DNA from: Corallochytrium limacisporum Hawaii
Lineage: Eukaryota; Protista; Pluriformea
Assembly: GCA_002811645.1 (NCBI GenBank)
Contig: PDIP01000078.1
Span: 1 to 64,000 of the forward strand
DNA: 64,000 bases
Reading direction: 5' to 3'
How positions within the stretch are numbered: position 1 is the stretch's first letter; each line of letters opens with the position of its first letter. The notes under the pieces were generated by a model. The model was not told the DNA's origin, searched no databases, and was given only the letters and a program-made list of their open reading frames with translations. Of this stretch, positions 1 through 9,741 are shown piece after piece. Made by a program: the position numbers and the translations under genes.

Positions 1-71
1 CCTAACCCTAACCCTAACCCTAACCCTAACCCTAACCCTAACCCTAACCCTAACCCTCACCCTCACCCTAA
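1..71 (-). repeat. Telomeric repeat (CCCTAA)n / (TTAGGG)n with two CCCTCA variants
   Basis: CCCTAA units from 1-53, CCCTCA at 54-59 and 60-65, CCCTAA at 66-71, at the window start. Confidence 0.97.
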
Positions 72-521
72 CCCGATGACACCCAACACCCTCCCCTAAT
101 CCTGAGAGTTTCCTTTTCCCGAGCGAGGGCACCGACACACCCAAAATATAGTCAATAAGGGAGAATGTACCTTAGTTAAGGGGCGTTTGAGTTGTGAAAT
201 GCCCCGCCCGACATGGACTACCTGCAGCTTTAAATGAGGAGGATATCGCCACCCTCCCAGAATTGTAATCGCTGGAAAGGATTGCGTATCCGGTGCCAAG
301 TTTCCATCCTAGAAAGTACCTAATGGATGATGCGTCTGTCAAGAGTAAAAGCTGCAAACTTGCAGGTAACGGTAATCCAACCAGAGCCTTTGTACTTAGG
401 CAAAAGTTGTTGTAAACCATTGCTTGGCGCCCACCACAACAGGTCCGCTCCTGTCACCAGAAGGCAGTGCGCGTATGTTTGCTCGTGATGGGCATTTTGA
501 GACATAACGGATTTCTCTTTA

Positions 522-3422
522 TTAGAATGGAATGCGCGTACTCCAATAGTACTCCATAAAGCGAGGCATGTGAGTTCTGAACGCTACGCCGACCTGGCCA
601 ATGCTTGAGGGATGTACGTCACGGAATCCCGTGGTGAGAACACTGAGACAGCTTTCAACGGCCTGTTCCTGCTTGAGGATGTGGACTCCTGACCACGGTG
701 TGCTGAAACTCTCAACAATATCAGATACCATACCGGTTTCTACCAGTGGGAGATGTACGTCAGACACCAGTACATTATCTACCCTGGCTTCCGCGGACAC
801 AGAGGATGAAAGGGTCTTCAGGGCACTCTTTGTCGCAGCGTAGCATCCAAACCACTTGGCACCGGTGTTCACTACCTCAGAATTTACATTGATAACCGCC
901 CCAAACCGCTGTGCGCGCATGATGGGAACGACCTTCAGCATCAGGTTTGCAGGACCCAAGTAGTTGACAGCCATCAGTCGTGCAAAGTCATGAGATCGAT
1001 CCACCTGGTCCGCAAATGGTCGAAAGATGCTACGACCAGCATTGTTGAAAAGCACATGGACAGTGCCAAACCGTTCAATGGTCTGCTGAACAAGATTATC
1101 ACAATCCTTCTCTTCCGTCACATCGCAACGTACCAACAGTACACGATCAGGTCGATGGCCGTTGATCTTCAATATTTCGAATTTTAGGGCCTCCAGCTCC
1201 TCTACACGCCGCGCACAGATAACGACTTTGGCATTCGCACGTGCTAGAGCCAAAGCCAGTGCCCGACCAATACCAGAGCTCGCACCGGTGACGATGCAAA
1301 CACGATCACTGACGTACCGGGGTAGAGTGGGTAAGACTTGACCATTGACTGCGGAAGCGGACTCCTGGAACGACAACCACAAGGCTGGAGCCAAAGAAGA
1401 CAGAACAAAAGTTTCCTGTCGCTCCACAGCAGCGATGGAGTTGATAATTTCCTTGGTGCGGGCCGATCGGACTTGTACCTCGCTGACAGGACCCCCATAC
1501 ATGACGCCAGCCTCGTATGGAATACCAAACGCACAGTTCAGCAAACCACGGGGATCACCCAGTTGAATCATTTGCTCAATGGGTTCAAAATGTGATTTTT
1601 GATTGAGTCCTAATTTCAGCTCTAGCATGGCTCTATCTTCGTCACTGGGCACAAATTTTGGACCTTGGCCATCAGTATTGGCGAAAATATTCAGAAACTC
1701 AGAGATTTTGATCTCAGTGGCACCGCTGATATGGAACGCTTGGTTGTCCAAGTTGCTTGCATGACTGAGCAAGCGTACTTGCTCCACGGCATCTTCAACC
1801 ACTAGGGGATACATGGTACCATCAACAAGCAGTGGATGCGCTCCGTTCGCGCCGAGCTGCTCACGATGATGGTCGGCAAAGTGAAGCAATCGCAAGGCAG
1901 ATGTACCAGGGTAAAGTTGACCCTTTTGGTTACAAAGAATCAGACCAAGTCGATACACACGATAGCGTAGGCCATGGTCTTTGTTCATTTTGAGTACCAT
2001 CTGCTCAGCCAGGCAAGAAATTGCGCCCAACCCCAGCTTATACTGAGTCTCTCTCTGCTTTAGGTCTACATTCGTTTCCGTCAGTTTCTCAAAATGATCC
2101 ACAGCTTCTAGTACTCCTAATCCCTGCTGACCAACAACAAGATGAAGAATGCAGTCTTTCTTGACGCACGCCTTGGCGAGCACGGTGAGTGCAGCCAGGT
2201 CGGTTTGCTCGCTCACAAAGTAGTAGACGGCACTCCCTGTTTGTAGTTTCTGCTTCGTTTGCTTCAACAATTTGGAATCACTTTTGCTTCGTACACCAAG
2301 ATCATCAATTACGTTGACCTCTTCACCATTTGCTTTCAGCTGGTCGAGAAGAGCAGTGCTCAGGACGCTATCAGTTCCGTCATCGTGCACAATATGCTTC
2401 ATTGGATATTGAAGTGTCACACACGTCGTGTTCTGCTCAGACGACAGAGTGACGTCTACGAATGGTGTGGAACTATGCTGTGCTCCTCCGCTCTGCTTGT
2501 CAAAGTGGGTCCGCTGCACAAATTTAATGTACTCCACCTTTGCAACCTCTTCAGACATGCCGGACAGTCTTTGCCAGAAAGGTAAAATTCTTACATCTAC
2601 CAAATTCAGATCCTCTGTAGGCATTTCGTCAGGGACGTCACCTTCCGTGGCCTGCTTGAACAGTGCAAACGTCTGCAAAAAATTTACGCGGCCGTTGCGC
2701 ATGGCATGATACGAAATACCATGTTCAGCAACCACGTCTGCGACTGCTTCAAAACGTTCCTGTAGGTCGGCGTCATGCACTGTAGGCTCCGCTTGAATAG
2801 TACCGTCTGTCAGTCTAATTCCCGACCACGGCTCTTTGGAACTGGTCTCTCTTGGAGTTTGTCCTTGGGTACCATCCGAGTTTGGGGAGCCTGGCAGCAC
2901 ACTGTTTGTGTTCATAGAACTAGTGTGGGAGCTCTTTTCCCCCAACATTATTTTCACGTGCTCGATGTAAGACCGTTTGGCAGTTTCTTGATCCATGTCG
3001 CCCAATTCCACCCAGGCCTCTTTCATCTTGCGGTCGCGCCCCTTGAGTTTGCTCAAGTCCATATCGCGGGGAGCGGGTCCGTCGGTGGCTTGCTTATAGT
3101 ATGCATATGCTTTCAAAAGTTTGCTCACTCCTCCTTTCTTGGCTGCAATCTTGGCAATCTTGGTGCCAGATGTAGCAGCCTTTCCCTTCTGCATGTATTC
3201 GTTGAACTCTGCATCTAGGCTTACCTCTGACAAAGCAATACTATTGCTGCTCTGAATTGATGAAGATTCACTGATCTTGGTAACACTGGTTACTGAAAGA
3301 TCAAGACTATTGGCTTCATTTCTCTTGCTGATAGGCTCCACTGGGGCTGGATGCCCAATGGATCTGTTGATCTTGAGCAGAGACCTTACCTTCTGCATGG
3401 CTTTGACTTTTGGTGCCGACAT
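522..3422 (-). CDS. Fatty acyl-CoA reductase (Acr1/AcrA1/Maqu_2507 type) fused to two N-terminal acyl-CoA-binding (ACBP) domains
   Basis: 966 aa. ACBP motifs at aa ~69-160 (YAYYKQATDG...KEAWVELGDMDQETAKRSYI) and ~220-304 (FALFKQATEG...FWQRLSGMSEEVAKVEYI). Degenerate extended-SDR middle domain (YRVYRLGLIL, LDNQAFHI...ISEFLNIF). C-terminal classical SDR with TGASSGIG, ARR, NNAGRSIFR...DRSHDFARLMAVNYLG, YAATK, HLPLVETGM. Confidence 0.88.
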   Translation of the reverse strand: MSAPKVKAMQKVRSLLKINRSIGHPAPVEPISKRNEANSLDLSVTSVTKISESSSIQSSNSIALSEVSLDAEFNEYMQKGKAATSGTKIAKIAAKKGGVSKLLKAYAYYKQATDGPAPRDMDLSKLKGRDRKMKEAWVELGDMDQETAKRSYIEHVKIMLGEKSSHTSSMNTNSVLPGSPNSDGTQGQTPRETSSKEPWSGIRLTDGTIQAEPTVHDADLQERFEAVADVVAEHGISYHAMRNGRVNFLQTFALFKQATEGDVPDEMPTEDLNLVDVRILPFWQRLSGMSEEVAKVEYIKFVQRTHFDKQSGGAQHSSTPFVDVTLSSEQNTTCVTLQYPMKHIVHDDGTDSVLSTALLDQLKANGEEVNVIDDLGVRSKSDSKLLKQTKQKLQTGSAVYYFVSEQTDLAALTVLAKACVKKDCILHLVVGQQGLGVLEAVDHFEKLTETNVDLKQRETQYKLGLGAISCLAEQMVLKMNKDHGLRYRVYRLGLILCNQKGQLYPGTSALRLLHFADHHREQLGANGAHPLLVDGTMYPLVVEDAVEQVRLLSHASNLDNQAFHISGATEIKISEFLNIFANTDGQGPKFVPSDEDRAMLELKLGLNQKSHFEPIEQMIQLGDPRGLLNCAFGIPYEAGVMYGGPVSEVQVRSARTKEIINSIAAVERQETFVLSSLAPALWLSFQESASAVNGQVLPTLPRYVSDRVCIVTGASSGIGRALALALARANAKVVICARRVEELEALKFEILKINGHRPDRVLLVRCDVTEEKDCDNLVQQTIERFGTVHVLFNNAGRSIFRPFADQVDRSHDFARLMAVNYLGPANLMLKVVPIMRAQRFGAVINVNSEVVNTGAKWFGCYAATKSALKTLSSSVSAEARVDNVLVSDVHLPLVETGMVSDIVESFSTPWSGVHILKQEQAVESCLSVLTTGFRDVHPSSIGQVGVAFRTHMPRFMEYYWSTRIPF

Positions 3423-3945
3423 CTTGCAAATATCTTGGTCTGTGTTGTTAATCTAATGTTAAGTTTTGACAGACAAGATAAATTTTCCCAGTTATCAGAT
3501 TGTGTTGGCATCAAATACCTTTGTGGAAAGGGTATAAATTCCGACACTAACGAGTACACACGGATCGGATTCTGCGTGACCCTTTCCCCCCCCCTCCTCC
3601 CCCGCCACCGATCCTTAAAGCTCTGTACAATACGGACGAGTCCTCGTCCCAGTTCAGCAGTCCTTCTCCCTCAGACCTCAAGGTAATTCCTTAGTGAGTT
3701 TCCTTCCTTTTGTGTACTGAAGCTGGGCATAGGTGTCGCCCCTGCGGTGGGTGGTGGCGTGTCCGATCTCCGAGGAACGTAGGTTCAAATATGGGTCCTG
3801 CCGTACTCCCTCAAACAACGTGCCCCGATCTATTCGTACGGAAGATGGTACATATTCACCTGAGGTTTTCCTTGGCCTGCTTCCTTGGATAACACTTTTA
3901 TGTTTCCAAGAAGGTCTCGATTTCGGCAATATTGTGGTACATGGG

Positions 3946-4528
3946 TATGGCCACCGTAGTACAGATCCCCTGTCACTCACTATAGAAAATTCTTTGTGCC
4001 TCCGCGTTGTGGTGGTGAGGAGGGATATTGAGGTACCACGGCACTGGCGCGTGCAATTATCGTAAATGAAAGATGGCACCCCCCTTTTCGCAGTGTGGGG
4101 CAAAACACACAAGCCGGGCAATAGGTTTTCCAGGCATGAAGAGCCCACCATCTTCGCCGAGAAGTTATGTCGTTAAATTCTGCAGCGCAATCTCATTTTC
4201 CACAGTGGTTTGGGGTGCAGTCATGGAATATTGTAAATTATGTAGGAAAATAACAAACGAAGTTGGGCGTATTGGACCCTCCTGGGTACACAGGGCAGGT
4301 GGTACCACCATATCCCTCCTCACCACCACAACGCGGAGGCACAAAGAATTTTCTATAGTGAGTGACAGGGGATCNNNNNNNNNNNNNNNNNNNNNNNNNN
4401 NNNNNNNNNNNNNNNNNNNNGGTACACAGGGCAGGTGGTACCACCATATCCCTCCTCACCACCACAACGCGGAGGCACAAAGAATTTTCTATAGTGAGTG
4501 ACAGGGGATCTGTACTACGGTGGCCATA
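3946..4528. mobile_element. Inverted-repeat element, possible non-autonomous MITE (~94-bp arms, TA at both ends)
   Basis: 3946-4028 is the exact reverse complement of 4446-4528 (83 bp). The match extends to 4039/4435 with 2 mismatches. No recognisable protein inside. 4285-4374 is repeated at 4421-4510 across the N-gap, probably contig overlap. Confidence 0.55.
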
Positions 4529-5349
4529 GTGAAAAGGGGGCGGGGGAGGGGAATTTGCCCACGAGCCGGGTAATGTGCGCATAGGGGACAGCGCGCATAA
4601 AACAGGCCCCTAGAAAAGATTTTCCGGGTTGGAAAAAAAAAAAAAAGGTTGGACAAGCACGCAAAAGGAATTCGTGCAGTGTCATCCTGATTCTTGATAT
4701 GTGCGCATTGGTAACCATTGCGAAATCGATTAAAGAAGGGAGGGCAGGAGACGGAAGAAGGGGGGGGCCCCCCAGAAAGGGCGGAGGGATCATTTACTGT
4801 GGGTGTGGCTGCCACAGGAGAAATTCGATCAATTTCAGTAGTGAGAATACTGAAGGAGAAGAAAAACCTGGTCCTGTTTCCTTGTATGGGCGCAGGATGA
4901 AGCTGGCTACCGGGTCTGTACCATCTACTAGGAAGTTTGGCCCCAAGACTGGATCGTGTAGCTGAGCAACACCGATGGAACTCGGTTCCATGTGCCCAAC
5001 GCCCCTAAGGATGGTCAAATGCTGGGGCTGTCCAAACGTGTTGGCCGTCCGGTGTGATCAATACATGTTTCGCAGTTCTGTAGGATCACAGTGTAAGTCT
5101 GCACCTGGGCAACACTATGCAAGTTGTAAATCTAACTGAGCAATATCCTAAACACTGCGCTAGGGTCCCTACAGTCATAATGTACGTGATAGTTGGGTTG
5201 TATTTATGGTGATCAAGAAGGATTAAGAAGATTTGAGTGATGAAGAATGTCAATTTGGCGGTGAAATACTAGTAAAACGAACAAATTCTAGAATGGCTTG
5301 CAGCCGAGACGAATAGTAGATTGTCCACGACATTCACAACAACACATAG

Positions 5350-8300
5350 ATGAGCTATCATTCACCAAAGACGAGAACGCTGTTTGCGTTCAAGAAGTTA
5401 AAGGTGTACTCGGGGGATCGTCAGATTTTGCACAGTGTTTCAGGTCATGTTGCTGAAGGAGAACTTATGGCAATTATGGGCCCCAGTGGGGCCGGCAAGA
5501 GTACATTACTAAGTACTTTCGTTGGCGCGGTAGACACGAATCTGGATTATTCCGGTACTATCGAGGCCATTTCGGGCAGAGGCAAGCACGTTGTGTTGGA
5601 CTACGCGACACGATCAGATCGACTCTTGGGAGCACGGACACTGCGGGATTGCGTTGGATTCGTACCCCAGGATGATATCCTTGTTGGGTCCCTGACCGTG
5701 GAAGAAACAATCCAATTTAGAGAGCGGCTGTATAAGGTTGAACCATCGCAGGACGATGTGAGAGACTTGATTAGTTCGGTAGGTCTTGCCCATGCTAAAG
5801 ACACCGTAATTGGAACTGTGCTACGGAAAGGTATTAGTGGTGGTGAAAAGCGACGTGTCAGCGTTGCTGCAGAGATGGCAAGCTCTGCCAAAACGTTGGT
5901 TTTGGACGAACCAACTTCTGGTCTTGATGCTGCCACCTCATATAATTTGCTTTTGGAGCTCAGGAGCCTAGCACAACAAAAAGGTCTGGCGGTCATAGTG
6001 ACCATCCATCAGCCATCCTATGATTTGTTCAGACTCTTTGACAAACTTCTGCTGCTTACCAACGGACATACAGCGTTCTGCGGGCCCCTTGGAGATTGTG
6101 CAGAGTGGATGTACAGCACTCTCGCCATCTCAGCACCTAAGGGAATTACTCTGCCTGAGTTTTATCTGGATCTTGTTGATCCCAGTTTCCGTTTGGACCA
6201 GAGAAATCTAGACCGTCATGAAGACTCTGACAGCGACCAAGTTGATGTGGGTACTTTTGATGCGCAGTATCCATCCCCAAATATCATCATTGACGCCTTC
6301 AACAGAAGTCTTTACAATCAGATCAATGAAAATGCGTCGTTGTTGGCAGCAAATGATGATGATTCCAGCGATGATGATAATGATGATTCCAGCGAACTTG
6401 ACAGCGCAAGCATCACGTCTCTTAGCACTGCTGCTGCTTCTTGTCAGTCTGTCTCATGGTCTCGACGATTCCAGGTGCTTCTGTGGCGTCACCGCTTGCA
6501 GGCTACCAGAGATGTGGTCAAATTTGGACTAGTGGTTGGTTGTTACGTTGTCTTTCTCTTTGTTGTTGGTTTACTCTATCACAACGTTGATATCGCTGTG
6601 TCGCAAACATTTGCATACGATGCTTCTATTGCCTGGCCTGTCCTCCTCATATACGGCGCCATGCTTTTTCGCGCCCCAGAGATTCAAGAGCTGCGCATTC
6701 AAACCGACAGCGAGCGCCGCAAGGGTCTGTATGACCCAATGGCTTGGTTTCTACCATGGCTGGTTATTACCATGGTGTTGGTGATAACAATGGTGGCCGG
6801 TGGGCTGGCGATTACGTACTGGCTGTTGCCCGCGGAGAATACAGCCACTGGTTTCTTTGTGACACTCCTAGGCAATATCTTGGTTGGCATCTACAGTAGC
6901 GCCTTAGTGTTCCTTTGCAGTGGTCTGACACGGAATGCATCCTACGCACTAGTCTTTGCAGTAACCTTTCTGGTCTTTAGCGTATCCATCAACAGCTTCC
7001 TGCATTTGCCTGTTAATACTGCTGATTTCTGGCGACAGATAGATAGCCTAACAGTTCTGGGGCAGGTAATGCCAATGATTCGTCTGGCTCTGTTTGAAGG
7101 CCAGCAATTCCTGTGTGACACCCAGGTATTGCCTGATCCTACGGCGCCGCAAGGACAGCCGCAGTTTCTCTGTCTAAGTGAGTTTGGGGGCAATATCTTT
7201 AATGCCTCCATTGGGGAAGACGGTCAAGTATACGTAGCCAGTGGAGAAATACTGCGCGTTCTCTATCTGGAAGACCCCAGTGAAAATGAAATCGGCCTCC
7301 AAACTCTTTATGTTCTGCTCATGTCGATGGGGCTATTGTTTGGCGGACTCATGTTGAATGACCTTTTCTGTCGAAATCAACTGCTACGGTTGGTGCCGAC
7401 ATTCCACGGTTGCTACCCGCAGCGATGGAAATGGTCGCAGACAGTACAAGTAAGCTATGGGGAACAATCAGCGACAGGAAACACGGAACAGGCAGTTACT
7501 GTGACCGAGAACAGTGATGATGATCTCGACATCCACATGAGCCATAAAGCGACAGACCCCGAGGAGCTGTCACTGAACCTACCGGTCCGCATGAAACCAT
7601 GCTCTTGCGACGTCCCATCTGACAAGCAGGAAGTGAGCGAACCTCTATTAGTCGTTGAAGTGCCGAGTGACATCGATAGTTGCTCTTATGAGGTCCCACG
7701 GCGTCAGCATGTTAAGGTGTCCACCCTCGACTTTCCTCTTCAAAACCACTTCCGTTTCGAAGGCATCTCTGTTAGCGTGACCGAAAAGGGTTCAAAATCT
7801 GCTGTAGACGGTAAGAGGACCTACGAGAAGAAAATTCTCCACGGAGTCAGCGGCGAAGTCTTTGCTGGTGAGGTCATGGCTATCCTTGGAGCGTCTGGGG
7901 CCGGCAAATCCACTCTTTTCAACGTTTTGAGCGGCCGGAAGAACGGTGCTAGCTATCAAAACATCGAGGGCCATATCACGCTCAATGGTCTGCCCGTGTC
8001 ACCCAATGACCTTGTGTACGTGGAGCAGTTTAACCTGTTTTACGACATTCTTACTATTTCGGAAACATTGGAGCAAACATTTGCCCTGAATCACCTGAAA
8101 GCAAGTCCACACCTGCAGGGCTTTGCTAGTGTTACAGATCTGCTGATGGACCTGAAACTCCTGCACGCTCGCGATCTGCAGGTTGGCCGCGGTGCAAGTG
8201 GAGGGCAACGTAAGCGGGTGGCGGTCGGCAAGTTTCTGAACCCTGGTCGGAAGCCCGTCCTATTCCTTGATGAGCCAACCACTGGCCTCGACTCCTCAAC

Positions 8301-9498
8301 GGCTTACCGTCTCACTCATTTCATCCAACAGCTCGCCAAGGAATATGGCCTCTGTGTGATCATGACCGTCCACCAACCTGGTTCCCGTGTGATGGGAAAC
8401 TTCGACCGCGTGGCGTTCCTCCGGAAAGGCGAGATGGAATTCTGTGGTCAACTTGAGGATCTACCGACGTGGATGAGGCAAAACAGGTTGCAACCGTCAG
8501 GGCATCAGAGCAATGAGGACTACATTCTTTCAGTGTTGGAGAAGCCGGACCGTCAAATGGTACGTCAAGTGCACTTGATAGATCAATCATTTTCTGCCCA
8601 AAACAATCCTTCTGTACTGAGTACTCCCACAGCAGCTGACGGCAACCGTTTTCTGCCTCCGAGCGCACCAGCGGTTTACATCTTGTTGAAACGGCAGTTT
8701 CTATCGGATTTCCGCGACCCAGCAGTCTTCAGTGCACGCTTCGTCTTCTTTGTGTCGACCGCTATTCTGATCGGTCTGGTTGACCTTGGGAACGGCAGTG
8801 AAGAAGGTGCTCAAGGCATTAGTTCGTTCGTATCCGTCAGCGCCATTTGGATGTTTTTGCTTGCCTTCTCTAATATTCTTAGTGTCCCGGTACAATGTAA
8901 GTTGCGCCGTATCGTGAGCAGCGAGATCCTCAATAATCTCTACACGACCCTGGAGCTCTGGCTCGCCCGACTGGTGTCCTCCGTAGTGCAAAACATCGTG
9001 CTGGCAGCTGTTTTCACCCTGATTGCTGTGCCTATGGTTGGGTATCAGTGGGGCACGTATCCGCAAATTTTCCTTTTGTCCTTGCTACACTTATCTGTCA
9101 CTGCGGCCTTCGTAGACGCCTTCAGTGCCATTATTCCCTGGGATATCGTTGTAATGTTGGTGGGCATTTTGTACGCCGGTTTGCTCGGCAGTGTCACCCC
9201 TTGGTGCCTTCCCACGGATATTCTGCCTGGCTGGTTGGTTTGGATTCAGTATGCATTGCCCAGCAAATATTTCGTCGAAGGATTCCTTCAGGTGGCCAGT
9301 TCAGGACGTACTTTCGCGATATCCATGCCGGGTGGGGGTGTCATTGTCGTCCCTGACACCTTTGTCCAGGAAGACATCTTCGATGCCAATTCCCTGACAG
9401 TATGGGAGAATATGCTTGTATTACTGGCCATGTTTGTGGTCGGGCAGATCATTGTCCTAGTGGCCGACACCGTGAAGGTCCGCAATCTGAGATTGTAA
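5350..9498 (+). CDS. Full-size ABCG-family transporter (NBD-TMD-NBD-TMD)
   Basis: 1382 aa. NBD1 has GPSGAGKST, ISGGEKRR, LVLDEPTSGLD, TIHQP. NBD2 has GASGAGKST, ASGGQRKR, LFLDEPTTGLD, TVHQP. Each NBD is followed by a multi-pass ABC2-type TMD. Confidence 0.95.
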   Translation: MSYHSPKTRTLFAFKKLKVYSGDRQILHSVSGHVAEGELMAIMGPSGAGKSTLLSTFVGAVDTNLDYSGTIEAISGRGKHVVLDYATRSDRLLGARTLRDCVGFVPQDDILVGSLTVEETIQFRERLYKVEPSQDDVRDLISSVGLAHAKDTVIGTVLRKGISGGEKRRVSVAAEMASSAKTLVLDEPTSGLDAATSYNLLLELRSLAQQKGLAVIVTIHQPSYDLFRLFDKLLLLTNGHTAFCGPLGDCAEWMYSTLAISAPKGITLPEFYLDLVDPSFRLDQRNLDRHEDSDSDQVDVGTFDAQYPSPNIIIDAFNRSLYNQINENASLLAANDDDSSDDDNDDSSELDSASITSLSTAAASCQSVSWSRRFQVLLWRHRLQATRDVVKFGLVVGCYVVFLFVVGLLYHNVDIAVSQTFAYDASIAWPVLLIYGAMLFRAPEIQELRIQTDSERRKGLYDPMAWFLPWLVITMVLVITMVAGGLAITYWLLPAENTATGFFVTLLGNILVGIYSSALVFLCSGLTRNASYALVFAVTFLVFSVSINSFLHLPVNTADFWRQIDSLTVLGQVMPMIRLALFEGQQFLCDTQVLPDPTAPQGQPQFLCLSEFGGNIFNASIGEDGQVYVASGEILRVLYLEDPSENEIGLQTLYVLLMSMGLLFGGLMLNDLFCRNQLLRLVPTFHGCYPQRWKWSQTVQVSYGEQSATGNTEQAVTVTENSDDDLDIHMSHKATDPEELSLNLPVRMKPCSCDVPSDKQEVSEPLLVVEVPSDIDSCSYEVPRRQHVKVSTLDFPLQNHFRFEGISVSVTEKGSKSAVDGKRTYEKKILHGVSGEVFAGEVMAILGASGAGKSTLFNVLSGRKNGASYQNIEGHITLNGLPVSPNDLVYVEQFNLFYDILTISETLEQTFALNHLKASPHLQGFASVTDLLMDLKLLHARDLQVGRGASGGQRKRVAVGKFLNPGRKPVLFLDEPTTGLDSSTAYRLTHFIQQLAKEYGLCVIMTVHQPGSRVMGNFDRVAFLRKGEMEFCGQLEDLPTWMRQNRLQPSGHQSNEDYILSVLEKPDRQMVRQVHLIDQSFSAQNNPSVLSTPTAADGNRFLPPSAPAVYILLKRQFLSDFRDPAVFSARFVFFVSTAILIGLVDLGNGSEEGAQGISSFVSVSAIWMFLLAFSNILSVPVQCKLRRIVSSEILNNLYTTLELWLARLVSSVVQNIVLAAVFTLIAVPMVGYQWGTYPQIFLLSLLHLSVTAAFVDAFSAIIPWDIVVMLVGILYAGLLGSVTPWCLPTDILPGWLVWIQYALPSKYFVEGFLQVASSGRTFAISMPGGGVIVVPDTFVQEDIFDANSLTVWENMLVLLAMFVVGQIIVLVADTVKVRNLRL

Positions 9499-9741
9499 CA
9501 GGATAGGTCCGGTTTAGAACACAATAAAATACAGGGCCATGCTACCCACTACTGTCTTAGTCAGAAGGATGAATCTCCGTATGCCAAGTCCAACGCTAAC
9601 GAACAGTTTCGTCACAAAGGAAGTTTTCTATGGGAGACAATAGATGCGATCGGGCCTACGGATGTTTGATAATATTTTGCTTGTATTGAAGAACTGCTAA
9701 TTATGAACCCCCCTCACATTGTGTGCTGACATGGACAGCGC

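Noticed and set aside
3974-3985. CACTCACTATAG resembling the T7 promoter core
   Set aside because: Lacks TAATACG and is embedded in both arms of the inverted repeat; no vector context.
4285-4510. 90-bp direct repeat (4285-4374 = 4421-4510)
   Set aside because: Identical copies flank an N-gap; most likely an unmerged contig overlap.
4655-4710. Minus-strand GCACATAT...AGGATGACAC, reminiscent of U6 snRNA
   Set aside because: No ACAGAGA box or internal stem-loop, and the spacing is wrong.
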